DNA from: Clostridia bacterium
Lineage (GTDB): Bacteria; Bacillota; Clostridia; Oscillospirales; CAG-272
Assembly: GCA_017451485.1 (NCBI GenBank)
Contig: JAFTOG010000023.1
Span: forward strand, 55,313 to 119,312
Reading direction: 5' to 3'
Length of the DNA stretch: 64,000 bases
The position numbers and the translations under genes are program-made. Under the pieces are notes generated by a model. It worked only from the letters and a program-made list of their open reading frames with translations. It made no database searches and had not been told where the DNA came from. Below are positions 1 to 9,840 of the stretch, piece after piece (position 1 is the first letter of the stretch; the number at the start of each line of letters is the position of its first letter).

Positions 1-1104
1 GGAAAAAGTATAGATTGTACTCTTGAAAATATAAAATTATCCACACTCCTCCCCGCATTTTTTGATATTATGGAGAAATTCAAGCAGGGACTTCTTACAC
101 CGTATATCATTTACGATAAATCCGGAACACCCGTTGAGTACTCATATATTCCGCTTGAATACTTCGGCAGCGAGTATAAGTGCAATAGTGTAGAAAGCTT
201 TTCTTGTGCACTTGATTTATTTTATCTTAAAAAAAGTAAGAATGAAAGGATGCGTCAGCGTTCCTTTGACATTTTAAGACTTCTTACAAATGCCGAGAGT
301 CGAATAACCAAAAAAATCTCCATTCACCACTCAGATTTGGCAAGGTGCGAGGAAAGTGAGAGCTATAAGCTCTGCGGAGATCTTATTACAGCCAACATTT
401 ATTTAATGAAGCGTGGACAGGATAAAATCACCGTATGTAACTATTACGATGAAAGCTGTCCGAATATAGATATTCTCCTGGATATAAGGCTTACACCGGC
501 ACAAAACGCCCAGGCGTACTACAAAAAATACAACAAGGCAAAAAAGGCTAAAATAGAGTTAGCAAAGCAGATAGAGCTGGCAGAGGCAGAGCTTGATTAT
601 ATAGGTACAGTTTTTGATTCTCTTACAAGGGCAGAAACAGAAAACGACCTTAATGAGATTAGGGACGAGCTTTATCACAGTGGATACGCCTCCCGAATGA
701 AAAATTACACAGCTGTTAAGCAAGCAGTCTCTAAGCCTCTAAGATTTGTTACCTCAGGAGGATATCATATCTACTGTGGTAAAAACAACAGACAGAATGA
801 TTATGTGACTACTAAGCTATCTGCAAAAACGGACTGGTGGTTCCATGTTAAAAATCTTCCGGGCTCCCATGTTTTGATGCAGACGAACGGAGAAGAGCCC
901 TCAGAGAAGGATTTTACAGAAGCTGCTGAAATTGCCGCACTGTATTCCAATGCAGAGGGAAATAATATTGCTGTTGACTATACTCAGGTTAAATATGTAA
1001 AAAAGCCCACAGGGTCAAAGCCCGGATTTGTTGTTTATAATGTGAACTGGACTGCCTATGTTTCCCCAAATGAAAAGAAAATAGAAGAGATGAGAGTAAA
1101 ATAA
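1..1104 (+). CDS. rqcH: RqcH / Rqc2-homolog (NFACT family, FbpA-like), C-terminal portion; 5' end lies upstream of the window
   Basis: Frame 1 is open from nt 1 with no stop before the listed ATG at 70, so the gene is cut by the window edge. A coiled-coil stretch (KKYNKAKKAKIELAKQIELAEAEL) is followed by NFACT-R/DUF814-type motifs DWWFHVKNLPGSHVLMQ and VDYTQVKYVKKPTGSKPGFVVY. Confidence 0.8.
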   Translation, partial: GKSIDCTLENIKLSTLLPAFFDIMEKFKQGLLTPYIIYDKSGTPVEYSYIPLEYFGSEYKCNSVESFSCALDLFYLKKSKNERMRQRSFDILRLLTNAESRITKKISIHHSDLARCEESESYKLCGDLITANIYLMKRGQDKITVCNYYDESCPNIDILLDIRLTPAQNAQAYYKKYNKAKKAKIELAKQIELAEAELDYIGTVFDSLTRAETENDLNEIRDELYHSGYASRMKNYTAVKQAVSKPLRFVTSGGYHIYCGKNNRQNDYVTTKLSAKTDWWFHVKNLPGSHVLMQTNGEEPSEKDFTEAAEIAALYSNAEGNNIAVDYTQVKYVKKPTGSKPGFVVYNVNWTAYVSPNEKKIEEMRVK

Positions 1105-1110
1105 AATAAG

Positions 1111-1149
1111 ACACGCCATAGGGTAAAAATCCAATGGCGTGTTTGTTTT
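1111..1149. terminator. Bidirectional rho-independent terminator between convergent rqcH and the SLH gene
   Basis: Perfect 9-bp stem acacgccat (1111-1119) / atggcgtgt (1134-1142). It is flanked by a T-run on the + strand (gtttgtttt) and an A-run upstream, which is a T-run on the - strand. Confidence 0.8.
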
Positions 1150-1155
1150 ATATTT

Positions 1156-2433
1156 TTAGTGTTTTATTTTACCTTGATATTCCAAAAGAGACATAAGAAT
1201 CTGTGCTGTCTGCTCACGGGTAAGGGGAGCGGACGGATTTATTTTTCCGTTTGTCTTTGATATAATCCCTAACTCACAAAGAGCCTCGATGGCACTTCTT
1301 GCCCAATCGGGTATTTCATTGTCATCGTGGAACACAGTCATAGAGCTTTCGGAATCGGCACCTATTATTCTGTTTATAATCACTGCTGCCTCAGCCGTTG
1401 ATACATTTCCCTTAGGATTTATGTAAACACCCTCAGCCTTTCGTTCTCCTTCAATAATCCCAAGAGAGAAGGCTGCCTCCAGATATCCCTTGTATTGACT
1501 TGATATATCTTTGTCGTCAGCAAATCTTGTTGTTTCAACAACCGGTACATCCTTTGCTCCCATAGCACGCATTACAAGAGTAATAAATTCTTCTCTTGTG
1601 ATTTTTGCCTTGGGGTCAAATGATACGGTGCCGTCCTTATTGGAGGACGCATTCATAAGCTGATATTCTGTGACTATTATTGCAGCATTTTGTGCGGGGC
1701 TGTCCTTCATATCGGAAAAAACAAGCTTTGATTTAAGCTTTTCTATTTTGATATTTACAGTTATGTTTTCTGAATAATTGCCATAGCTGTCACGCACACG
1801 GTATGTAAAGGTATCATTTCCCGTAGCACCATCATAGGGAGTGTATTTGTAGTCACCTGTGGATGTATTTGTAATTTTTACAAGTCCCTTTTCGGGTAGT
1901 GAGACTATTTCGTATTTTAATTCGTCTCCATCAGGGTCATATCCGGAGAGTACCCCGTAAGTGGATATATCCGTTTGTGTCCAGGCATAAACCTCATTTC
2001 CGTTTGTTGCAACGGGAGAATAATTAACGCTTTTCATTATTTTAAGGTGACAGCAGATTTCATAACCTGCCGAGTCAGGTGAAAACACAAAGGAGCAAGT
2101 CTCATCATTTGAGGTTTTTGGTATAAATTTTAATGTGTCAAAATCCTCTCTGTAAATCACCTGATTTTCTACAACATAAAGATTTCCAAGCATTAGTCTG
2201 CCACTTTCTTCGCTTGGCAATGCTCTTACGGTTATGGATTTTGCATTTGTGCCTAAGGCCATATCAAAATCGTTAACATCAAATTCGATTTCTCCCTCAA
2301 ATACAGTTGCCGATTTTATCATTTCGTTTTCGTATGCAATAACATCAAGGGCAGGAGATACCCTTTCTGATGCAAATATTCCAAGTGCCATCATAAGAGC
2401 ACATATTGGAATAAAAAATAATACCTTTTTCAT
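1156..2433 (-). CDS. Secreted cell-surface protein with a cadherin/Ig-like repeat and C-terminal SLH (S-layer homology) domains
   Basis: Signal peptide MKKVLFFIPICALMMALGIFASE. GGAGG lies 5 nt upstream of the ATG at 2433, so the second Met of the ORF is preferred as the start. Cadherin-like block GYDPDGDELKYEIVSLPEKGLVKITNTSTGDYKYTPYDGATGNDTFTYRVRDSYGNYS. Three SLH-like segments (ITREEFITLVMRAMG, VSTAEAAVIINRIIG, LTREQTAQILMSLL). Confidence 0.75.
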   Translation of the reverse strand: MKKVLFFIPICALMMALGIFASERVSPALDVIAYENEMIKSATVFEGEIEFDVNDFDMALGTNAKSITVRALPSEESGRLMLGNLYVVENQVIYREDFDTLKFIPKTSNDETCSFVFSPDSAGYEICCHLKIMKSVNYSPVATNGNEVYAWTQTDISTYGVLSGYDPDGDELKYEIVSLPEKGLVKITNTSTGDYKYTPYDGATGNDTFTYRVRDSYGNYSENITVNIKIEKLKSKLVFSDMKDSPAQNAAIIVTEYQLMNASSNKDGTVSFDPKAKITREEFITLVMRAMGAKDVPVVETTRFADDKDISSQYKGYLEAAFSLGIIEGERKAEGVYINPKGNVSTAEAAVIINRIIGADSESSMTVFHDDNEIPDWARSAIEALCELGIISKTNGKINPSAPLTREQTAQILMSLLEYQGKIKH

Positions 2434-2583
2434 TTTTGCCTCCATTATCCTTTACTATTGCATACATATTCGCATTTTTTACAAAAAATTACCGTACTGA
2501 TAAAAAAACACATATTTTGAATATATTGTTCCTTGCACAAAAGATTTGATTTGATATATAATGTTACTAACGGAGTGATGAAT

Positions 2584-3159
2584 ATGGAAATTATTAAAAT
2601 AAATTACAAGGCAGTAAAGGTTATTCTTAACAAGGAAGAGTGTGAAAAGTATGAATTTATAAGTGGAGAGAGCATATCAGACCGGGTCATGCTTATGTCA
2701 CTTGACAGTCTGCTTTTAGAGGTAAAGGAAAGAGAATCGATAGATTTGATGAACGGAAAGCTATTGGTACAGATATACCCCACAAAAAATTTGGGGTGTG
2801 AGATTTACATATGCGATACGGAGGAGGACAAATTGTATAGGGATAAAGGGGCACAGACAGGAATAAAAAAAGCAACATCGTGCACCGGAATTTACAGATT
2901 TGACTCTATCGATAAGCTTCTCTATGCTTGTTGTCGCCTGGCTGATTGCATAGATGATGAGGCGTCTCAGGTGTACTACGATAGCTGTAATGAACGGTAC
3001 TATCTTGTCAGCACCGGAATAGCACCGAGAGAGCTTCGCTTTGCATTCTTAAATGAATATGCTAAGCAAATTAAATTGCCCTATATACATCATATCAGGG
3101 AGCATTTAAGGTGCATTTGCTACAAAAATGCCATAAAAACAATGTCTTCGTTGGCGTGA
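2584..3159 (+). CDS. mecA: MecA-like adaptor protein (Clp protease adaptor family)
   Basis: N-terminus MEIIKINYKAVKVIL resembles MecA MEIERINEHTVKF. Central LLVQIYPTKNLGCEIYI, later NERYYLVS and the C-terminal LNEYAKQ...HIREH...NAIKTM blocks match the MecA architecture on manual alignment from memory. GGAG lies 7 nt upstream of the ATG at 2584; the listed TTG at 2533 is less likely. Confidence 0.6.
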   Translation: MEIIKINYKAVKVILNKEECEKYEFISGESISDRVMLMSLDSLLLEVKERESIDLMNGKLLVQIYPTKNLGCEIYICDTEEDKLYRDKGAQTGIKKATSCTGIYRFDSIDKLLYACCRLADCIDDEASQVYYDSCNERYYLVSTGIAPRELRFAFLNEYAKQIKLPYIHHIREHLRCICYKNAIKTMSSLA

Positions 3160-3194
3160 TAGCATTAGTGATATAAAAAATGTATAAAAAATAC

Positions 3195-3226
3195 AAAAAA
3201 GAGTGATTTTTTTCACTCTTTTTTGT
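3195..3226 (+). terminator. Rho-independent terminator after the mecA-like gene
   Basis: Stem aaaagagtga (3197-3206) / tcactctttt (3213-3222), a T-rich loop, and a following T-run. Confidence 0.8.
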
Positions 3227-3254
3227 TTACATGTAAAAATAATTGTGTTATAAT
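3226..3254 (+). promoter_or_regulatory. Sigma-A type promoter (extended -10) for the tandem ABC genes
   Basis: TTTACA (3226-3231), a 17-nt spacer, then TGtTATAAT (TG 3246-3247, TATAAT 3249-3254). This implies a leader of about 155 nt before the ATG at 3416. Confidence 0.6.
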
Positions 3255-3415
3255 GAACAATGTTGGGTTTTATGTAACCAAAGCTATTAATACGTTGTTT
3301 ATATTATTAAGATAGATTAGGATCAGTTGCTTTTGCAGAAATTATTACAATTCTATGATGATTTTCTTACATTTAAGTGTTAAAATTGGTATATACAAAG
3401 AATAGGAGAAAAAAT

Positions 3416-5710
3416 ATGGAAGTATTAAAGCTTGAAAAGGTATCTAAATTTTACACCTCGAAAACAAGCGTTGTAATGGGTCTTTCAAATGTAAATCTTT
3501 CATTCAGTGTGGGTGAATTTGTGGCTATTACAGGTGAAAGCGGAAGTGGAAAATCCACATTGGCTCATATACTTGGCGGCATTATACCTTATGAATCCGG
3601 TGAGCTGTATATAAATGGCTCTCCTACATCTCATTATGATGCATCAGATTGGGAAAGATATCGCCGTGACCTTATCAGCTTTATTTCTCAGAGCTATGGA
3701 GTTCTTGTTGGAAATACAGTTCTTGAAAATGTCGAGGCTGCATTACGCTTCGGTGGCTTAGATAAGGATGAAACAAGAAAACGAGCTCTTGAAATTTTGA
3801 AAGAGGTTGATCTTTTACATATAAAATCCCGTAAGGCAGGTAAGCTTTCCAGTGGACAAAAACAGCGTTTGTCAATTGCCCGTGCTCTTGCCAAGCCGTC
3901 AAGAATACTTATAGCAGACGAGCCTACAGGTAACCTTGATGCAGAAAACAGCGAAAAGATTATTGAGCTTTTGCACAAGGCATCAAAGGATAGACTTGTT
4001 ATCATCATTACTCATGAGTTTTCAGAGGTAGAGAATTATGCTACAAGGCGTATAATACTCTCCGATGCGTCTGTTGTAACCGATGCACCAATCAACCAGG
4101 GTGAAGAAAAGGAGAGCTCTGCAGATGCTACTGAGGTACGCAAGACCAAATCTGTAGGGGTTAAAAAAACGTCCAAGGATAAAAAATACTTGGCACCGTA
4201 TGTAACTAAGCTTACAGTAAAGTCCCGCCCTGTATTCTCGGCAATTATATGCGTATTTTTAGCGATTACCTCGCTTATAACCTTTGTTTTCCTCGGAACA
4301 TTTACTGTGTCGCTGGATGATTCCAATACGAAGATATATGACTCTTCAGCCTTCCTTAACGGAAATTCCTCACGACTTATCGTGTTGAAAAATGATGGCA
4401 CAGCGTTTACGGAAAGTGATTTTAACAATATGCTCGATGTAAGTTATGTAAAGGATGTAGAGGAATGGGGAAGTATTTATGATACTAACTATTACTACAG
4501 AGAAGATCTTGATTATAGAACGCAAAAGGTGATAGAAGAGGGAAAGAATAATAGTAACTACGGCTCCTCTGAGTTCTTTGTCGTAGATGTTGTAACCTTC
4601 CTTTATGAAGGACTTTATATGTCAACAGTGCCTAAGGTAGGCAAGGATATTATTGAGGATGGCAGAGCACCTGTGGGAATGTATGAGGTTCTTTCTGCAG
4701 ATCCTGAGCACAAGGTTGGCGATAAGGTAACTGTACATATCAGAAACAGAAACAACTGGGTACAGGGCTCGTACATCTCATTAAACTTAACTGTAGTGGG
4801 CAAAACCGATTACGGTCACGGACTTTATTTCTCTGATGAAATGGCAAACTTTATAGACACATCCTGCTTTTTCACCGATCCCGGTGATGTGCTTTTCATT
4901 CCCTACAAGGAGGGAGTATTCGAGATAGCTCAATCAAAGAGCGAAATTACCGAATTCAATGAAACAGATGTTTTCTTCCCGGGTAATGAGGCAGATAACC
5001 CCAGAGATATAGGCAATCAAAAATATTTTAATCAGTTTGAACAGGGTACTATCAGCCTTAAATATACTGCTATTTTCAAATGCGATAACAAAAAGGTTTA
5101 TGTAGTTCATGAGAATGTTTATGATGCTTATATGCCTCAAAAATATTCTAATCAAGCTACAGTGCATATTAAAGATTATTCGTATACTGACCGAGTAATC
5201 GCTGACTTAACAGAAAAGGGATATACAGTATTCTCACCCTTCAGAATAGGTGCGGTAACTGAGGATGAGGAGCTCTCCTCCGAGCGTACGGTAACCCTTG
5301 CGATTTGTCTTGCTGCATTTGCACTTACAACAGTTCTTCAGCTTATTCTTCTTAAGGCGATGTTTAATTCTATAAGCGTTCATTATAAGCTTATGTCAAA
5401 TATAGGACTTACCTCCCATGTTGCATATTGGTCAATCGGTCTTATGTTTCTCATATATACATTTATAAGTGAGATAATAGGCTTTGGTATAGTATTGATT
5501 TTAAATGCGATAGGATTGAAATATGTGGTAGATATATTCAAATATCTTGATGTGGGCACCATAATTATTCTTATACTTGTTCATTTCGCTATTTGTACTG
5601 TATCCTTCCTTTCTGTACGCAAGTCTGTTAGAAAACAGGTTTTCGCAACAGAAAAAGCTGATGAAGATTTAGATTTTACACAGATGGAGGAGGTAGAGGC
5701 TAATGATTAA
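3416..5710 (+). CDS. MacB-like fused ABC transporter: N-terminal ATPase, one TM, large extracytoplasmic domain, C-terminal FtsX-type 3-TM bundle (subunit 1)
   Basis: Walker A GESGSGKST, signature LSSGQKQRLSIARAL, Walker [13 protein letters not shown] (LolD/MacB-type DEPTGNLD), H-loop IIITHE. TM1 is PVFSAIICVFLAITSLITFVFLG, followed by about 330 aa of non-hydrophobic sequence and three C-terminal TM helices. AGGAGA lies upstream of the ATG at 3416. Confidence 0.85.
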   Translation: MEVLKLEKVSKFYTSKTSVVMGLSNVNLSFSVGEFVAITGESGSGKSTLAHILGGIIPYESGELYINGSPTSHYDASDWERYRRDLISFISQSYGVLVGNTVLENVEAALRFGGLDKDETRKRALEILKEVDLLHIKSRKAGKLSSGQKQRLSIARALAKPSRILIADEPTGNLDAENSEKIIELLHKASKDRLVIIITHEFSEVENYATRRIILSDASVVTDAPINQGEEKESSADATEVRKTKSVGVKKTSKDKKYLAPYVTKLTVKSRPVFSAIICVFLAITSLITFVFLGTFTVSLDDSNTKIYDSSAFLNGNSSRLIVLKNDGTAFTESDFNNMLDVSYVKDVEEWGSIYDTNYYYREDLDYRTQKVIEEGKNNSNYGSSEFFVVDVVTFLYEGLYMSTVPKVGKDIIEDGRAPVGMYEVLSADPEHKVGDKVTVHIRNRNNWVQGSYISLNLTVVGKTDYGHGLYFSDEMANFIDTSCFFTDPGDVLFIPYKEGVFEIAQSKSEITEFNETDVFFPGNEADNPRDIGNQKYFNQFEQGTISLKYTAIFKCDNKKVYVVHENVYDAYMPQKYSNQATVHIKDYSYTDRVIADLTEKGYTVFSPFRIGAVTEDEELSSERTVTLAICLAAFALTTVLQLILLKAMFNSISVHYKLMSNIGLTSHVAYWSIGLMFLIYTFISEIIGFGIVLILNAIGLKYVVDIFKYLDVGTIIILILVHFAICTVSFLSVRKSVRKQVFATEKADEDLDFTQMEEVEAND

Positions 5711-8180
5711 GGTTGATAATCTTAAGAAAACCTACGATAAGGGAACCAAAAGAGCCAATGAGGTTCTCCATAATCTTTCCTTTGAGCTTCCGGACACAGG
5801 ATTTGTGTGTATTCTCGGTTCATCGGGAAGCGGTAAGACCAGCTTGTTGAATGCAATAGGTGGTCTTGATGTGTATGACAGTGGCGTAATTACTACTGAA
5901 AATACCGAAATCAGAAAAGCTGTTTCAAAGGAAATGGAACGGGAGAGAAATGCTAATTTTGGTTACATATTCCAGAACTATTATCTTTTGGTAGAGCATT
6001 CCGTAGCATATAATGTATATCTCGGTATGCATTCCCTTGATATTCCTCATGCTGAAAAGCTTAAGAGAGTAAATGAAGCTTTGACTCGTGTTGATATGCT
6101 TCGCTACCGTAAACGCCCTGTAGGAGAGCTTTCCGGAGGACAACAGCAGAGAGTTGCTATTGCCCGTGCGATAGCTCGCAGACCACGTGTTATTTTTGCC
6201 GATGAGCCTACAGGTAACCTTGACGAAACAAATACAATGAAAATATGTACCATTCTTAAAGAGCTTTCCAAGGAGAGCCTTGTAGTAATGGTTACACACG
6301 AAACAAGAATTGCAGAATTCTTTGCCGATAGAATCATTACTCTCGAAAGAGGTAATATCGTATCCGACAGTACCGACTGGGAGAGAGGCGTTATTGATGC
6401 GGGAGAGAAGGACACAGTTTACTCAGGCGATTATACCGAAAATAATATAAACTCAGAAAATCTCTCTGTCAGAATGCTATCTACTGAGGATGCAGAGCCT
6501 GTTACATTTACTGTCATAGCAGAAAAGCATAGAATCATTGTTAAATTCAATGACAAGAGAGTAGTTCTGTCATCTGATACATCAAATGCTCCGTTCCTTA
6601 AAGAGGGAGAGCACCCCGTGCTTACTCATGACAGCTTCAAGCAGCCTGATAAAGAAGTGGCTAAGGTTGCCAAAAAGAAAAATGATGAGGGTGGTACAGG
6701 AAAAGCAAAGAAATTCCTTGGACTTAAGTTCCTTGTGAATGAAGCAAAGAGCTCTGTATCGGAAAAGAAGCTCCGTCGCTTCGGCTTAGGTGTGTTTATA
6801 ATCATACTTACACTTATGATTTCCATTGCGGTATCTGACTTTATTACTGTTTCAAATGTAGACCCCGAAGACTTTATTAGAGACGATTCTCACTCACTTT
6901 TTCTTAAGTTTGACAGAGGTCCCAACCTTGATATAAATCAAACAAAATATGATCCCATGATTAAGCAGTACTGTGACCATCTTGATGCTTCGGGATTGGA
7001 TTACGACATAATACCAAAATCAGCTACAGATTTATACTACAATGATACATCCTTTTCTCAGATTAATGATCTTTCTTTGACAATACCCAAGCACACACTT
7101 GTTAATATTTCAAGATTGGATGAGTCTACCATAATTGCAGGTAGAATGCCTGAAAATTATAATGAAATAGTAATTGACCGTTGGGTAATCGATATGGCCC
7201 TTGAGGAGGATGGAATCCTGCAGAATATGATTTCCAATCCCGAATATTTTGTTGGAAAAACCATAAATACCGAAAGACAGTATAGTCCTACAATTGTAGG
7301 TATTTGTGATTCCGGAGAGCCGTCTATATATATGAGCACAGAGGGTATTATCTCTATTTCAACCGGTGGAGATGAAATTATTACTCTGTCCGAGTTCAAA
7401 AGACTTACAGGCTTTGACCCTGAATATACTCTTGAATCCCATGAGTGTATTTCCCTTGACCCCAATGAGGGACACCATCTTGTAAGTGGAACAGTATACA
7501 AGCTGAGAAGCTTTTATCCCATTCTTGTAAAGGAAACCTTACAGGAAATACCGGGCGATTTTAACATTGAGGCTAAGTTTGTAGTTCCGGATGAAGCTTT
7601 AGACGATATTTATCTGGCTATGGTATGCTACGGAAAAGAAGCTACTCTTTGGGCTGAGGATAAGGATAGCATGAAGCTTTATCTTGATGGGGGAGTTCCG
7701 GAGGAAATTGAAGAGCTGATGACCGTTGTAATAACTGACAATTATCAGGGCTCTTACAATTATTATCTTGCTACCAAATCCGATAAGATAGGTGCAAGAA
7801 CAATAATAGTAATCTCAATTATAGTTCTTTCTCTTGTAATGATTTACTTGATGCAACGATCAAAGATAAAGGAGAGAATGGACCTTATTACAGTATACCG
7901 TCTCCTTGGAATATCAAAGCGAAATCTGATGGTTATATTTGCAATAGAAAGTCTGACAACTACTGCAAAGTTCTGTATACCGACCATTTTACTTCTGTTC
8001 TTTGGCATAAAGGTCGTTTCCAGCGTAGAGTCAATAGGTGAGATACTTATATTCCCATGGTGGGCAGCACTCCTTACCTTTGGAGCTATTGCACTGTTCA
8101 GACTGGCGTTCTCTATGATACCGATTCTTACTATTAACCGTAAGCCACCTGCTCAAATGGCAGCCAACTATGACTTCTAA
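5703..8180 (+). CDS. MacB-like fused ABC transporter ATPase-permease (subunit 2, paralog of the upstream gene)
   Basis: Walker [44 protein letters not shown] cytoplasmic linker of about 130 aa precedes TM1 [21 protein letters not shown] large extracytoplasmic region and a C-terminal FtsX-like helix bundle follow. The start overlaps the upstream stop by 8 nt (ATGATTAA) and GGAGGAGG lies upstream. Confidence 0.85.
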   Translation: MIKVDNLKKTYDKGTKRANEVLHNLSFELPDTGFVCILGSSGSGKTSLLNAIGGLDVYDSGVITTENTEIRKAVSKEMERERNANFGYIFQNYYLLVEHSVAYNVYLGMHSLDIPHAEKLKRVNEALTRVDMLRYRKRPVGELSGGQQQRVAIARAIARRPRVIFADEPTGNLDETNTMKICTILKELSKESLVVMVTHETRIAEFFADRIITLERGNIVSDSTDWERGVIDAGEKDTVYSGDYTENNINSENLSVRMLSTEDAEPVTFTVIAEKHRIIVKFNDKRVVLSSDTSNAPFLKEGEHPVLTHDSFKQPDKEVAKVAKKKNDEGGTGKAKKFLGLKFLVNEAKSSVSEKKLRRFGLGVFIIILTLMISIAVSDFITVSNVDPEDFIRDDSHSLFLKFDRGPNLDINQTKYDPMIKQYCDHLDASGLDYDIIPKSATDLYYNDTSFSQINDLSLTIPKHTLVNISRLDESTIIAGRMPENYNEIVIDRWVIDMALEEDGILQNMISNPEYFVGKTINTERQYSPTIVGICDSGEPSIYMSTEGIISISTGGDEIITLSEFKRLTGFDPEYTLESHECISLDPNEGHHLVSGTVYKLRSFYPILVKETLQEIPGDFNIEAKFVVPDEALDDIYLAMVCYGKEATLWAEDKDSMKLYLDGGVPEEIEELMTVVITDNYQGSYNYYLATKSDKIGARTIIVISIIVLSLVMIYLMQRSKIKERMDLITVYRLLGISKRNLMVIFAIESLTTTAKFCIPTILLLFFGIKVVSSVESIGEILIFPWWAALLTFGAIALFRLAFSMIPILTINRKPPAQMAANYDF

Positions 8181-8237
8181 AGTCGGTAAAATATTGCTGA
8201 GAACTAATAAAGTATAACAAGCTGTATAAGATAAAAT

Positions 8238-8280
8238 CCCCCGGGGAGTGTCGATTTTTCACTCCTCGGGGCTTTTATTT
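8238..8280. terminator. Bidirectional terminator between the convergent ABC gene and gpr
   Basis: 12-bp stem ccccggggagtg (8239-8250) / cactcctcgggg (8260-8271) with one G-T pair. T-runs lie on both flanks in the respective orientations. Confidence 0.8.
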
Positions 8281-9033
8281 GTAATAAGCCTTCTTAATAC
8301 CGTCGGATATTATGCTTGCCATGCTGTCAACTGATAGGTCAATATCAATCGGAGAAACATAATAACCAACGGCTGTCTCGTTGTCGGTGATTGAACCCAG
8401 GTCAGTAACTGTGGGCACCCCAATTGCAATAACGGGAATACCTAAAGTGGACTTGCTTATTTCATGCTTGTGATTTCCAACACCGCTGCCTGGCATAATA
8501 CCGCTGGCAGAAAGCTGTATGGTAGTTGAAAGCCATTCTATGTTTATGGAACAGAGAGAATCTACTGCTACAATAAGATCCGGGTGAAGTATGCTACTGG
8601 CTGAGGTGATTAAGTCAAAGGAGGAAAAACCGCTTTGTCCCTCCACACCCGTGGCAAGTGTAGCAATTTTTTTCTTATTGGAATCAATGTGCGAGGTAGG
8701 AAATAATAAATCTATCACAGACGGTCCAAGCGAATCTGATGTTATCTTCCTGTTACCAAGTCCCACTATCAGTATTTTTTCCGTTTTTATTTTTTGATCT
8801 TCGGTAATTATTTTTAAGCAGCGGGATACAGCATATGAGGCTGTGCTTGAATAATCATCCTCATACTGCCAGCATTTACCTGTGTATATTGTTATACATT
8901 CCGTTTTTCCTGTGTGATTTGATATTGAAAAAATTGTACTTATTCCATTTATTTCCTCAAGTATTACATTGAATTCGGATTTTTTGTTTTGAGGTGCCTC
9001 GCAGGCAAGATCGGTACGGTAAAAATTTTTCAT
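8275..9033 (-). CDS. gpr: GPR endopeptidase (spore germination protease, peptidase family A25), short form
   Basis: N-terminal RTDLACEA; IVGLGNRKITSDSLGP and LIVAVDSL (the two catalytic Asp contexts); GSGVGNH; IPVIAIGVPTV. At 252 aa it is shorter than the Bacillus enzymes. Confidence 0.75.
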   Translation of the reverse strand: MKNFYRTDLACEAPQNKKSEFNVILEEINGISTIFSISNHTGKTECITIYTGKCWQYEDDYSSTASYAVSRCLKIITEDQKIKTEKILIVGLGNRKITSDSLGPSVIDLLFPTSHIDSNKKKIATLATGVEGQSGFSSFDLITSASSILHPDLIVAVDSLCSINIEWLSTTIQLSASGIMPGSGVGNHKHEISKSTLGIPVIAIGVPTVTDLGSITDNETAVGYYVSPIDIDLSVDSMASIISDGIKKAYYK

Positions 9034-9141
9034 AAAAAACCTCTTTTTTGTATTTTTAAGTTGAATACGTGGATAAAATGTGCTATTATATTATGTAAGA
9101 TAGACAGTTATAGATGAAATATGGAACAGAGGGGAACACAA

Positions 9142-9696
9142 ATGAGTAACATTATGAAAGATAAAAATGAGATAAAAATATTCATACTTTACCTTATGGA
9201 TAGGATAGGATATCCCGTAAAATTCAATGATGTATGCAGTATTTTGTATCAGGAAAATATTGTAAGCTATTTTGAATGTGGAGATTGCTTTACCGAGCTT
9301 GTTGATGCAAACCATATAACTGAGCTTCCAAAGGAAGAGGGTGAGGAGGAGAGCCTATATATCGTTTCTCCCACAGGAAAGACCATAGCGGTGGAGCTTA
9401 GTGATACTATATCTGCAAGCATCAGGGAATCCAGCTACAGAAGTGCCATAAGACACCTTTCCTTCGAGAAAAGAGGTGCAACTACAAATTCTTATATTAC
9501 GGCTCTTGAGAACGGAAAGTATATGGTGCATTGTGAGATAGCTGAGCATGGCAGAAAGGTACTTGATATTAATGTTGAGGTGGATTCTAAAATAGAAGCA
9601 GATAGAATGATCAGAAATTTTAATCGACGTCCTGAAATTGTGTACAGAGGAACTCTTGCTCTTGTATCGGGTGAGACAAATTATATTTTTGAGTGA
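9142..9696 (+). CDS. DUF4364 family protein (putative winged-helix regulator)
   Basis: IKIFILYLMDRIGYPVKFNDVCSIL...YFECGDCFTELVDANHI matches the N-terminal pattern of DUF4364 proteins as I remember them. GAGGGG lies 7 nt upstream of the ATG at 9142. Confidence 0.55.
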   Translation: MSNIMKDKNEIKIFILYLMDRIGYPVKFNDVCSILYQENIVSYFECGDCFTELVDANHITELPKEEGEEESLYIVSPTGKTIAVELSDTISASIRESSYRSAIRHLSFEKRGATTNSYITALENGKYMVHCEIAEHGRKVLDINVEVDSKIEADRMIRNFNRRPEIVYRGTLALVSGETNYIFE

Positions 9697-9788
9697 CATA
9701 ATTCTTGACGAATAATTGATTTATTGTTCATTTTACACAAAAAAAAGACCAAACAATCGTTATTTTTCAAAAATATGTGAAAAAGTGC

Positions 9789-9817
9789 TTGACATAGAGC
9801 TTTTGAATTGGTATAAT
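9789..9817 (+). promoter_or_regulatory. Consensus sigma-A promoter (extended -10) for the sigma-factor gene
   Basis: TTGACA (9789-9794), a 17-nt spacer, then TGgTATAAT (TG 9809-9810, TATAAT 9812-9817). Confidence 0.8.
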
Positions 9818-9840
9818 GTAATATGTGGTGGAGTAGACAT

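Noticed and set aside
9034-9120. Forespore (sigma-F/sigma-G) promoter for gpr
   Set aside because: A CATAATA -10-like element is present on the minus strand, but I found no convincing GnATA-type -35 at the right spacing. It is therefore not reported as a feature.
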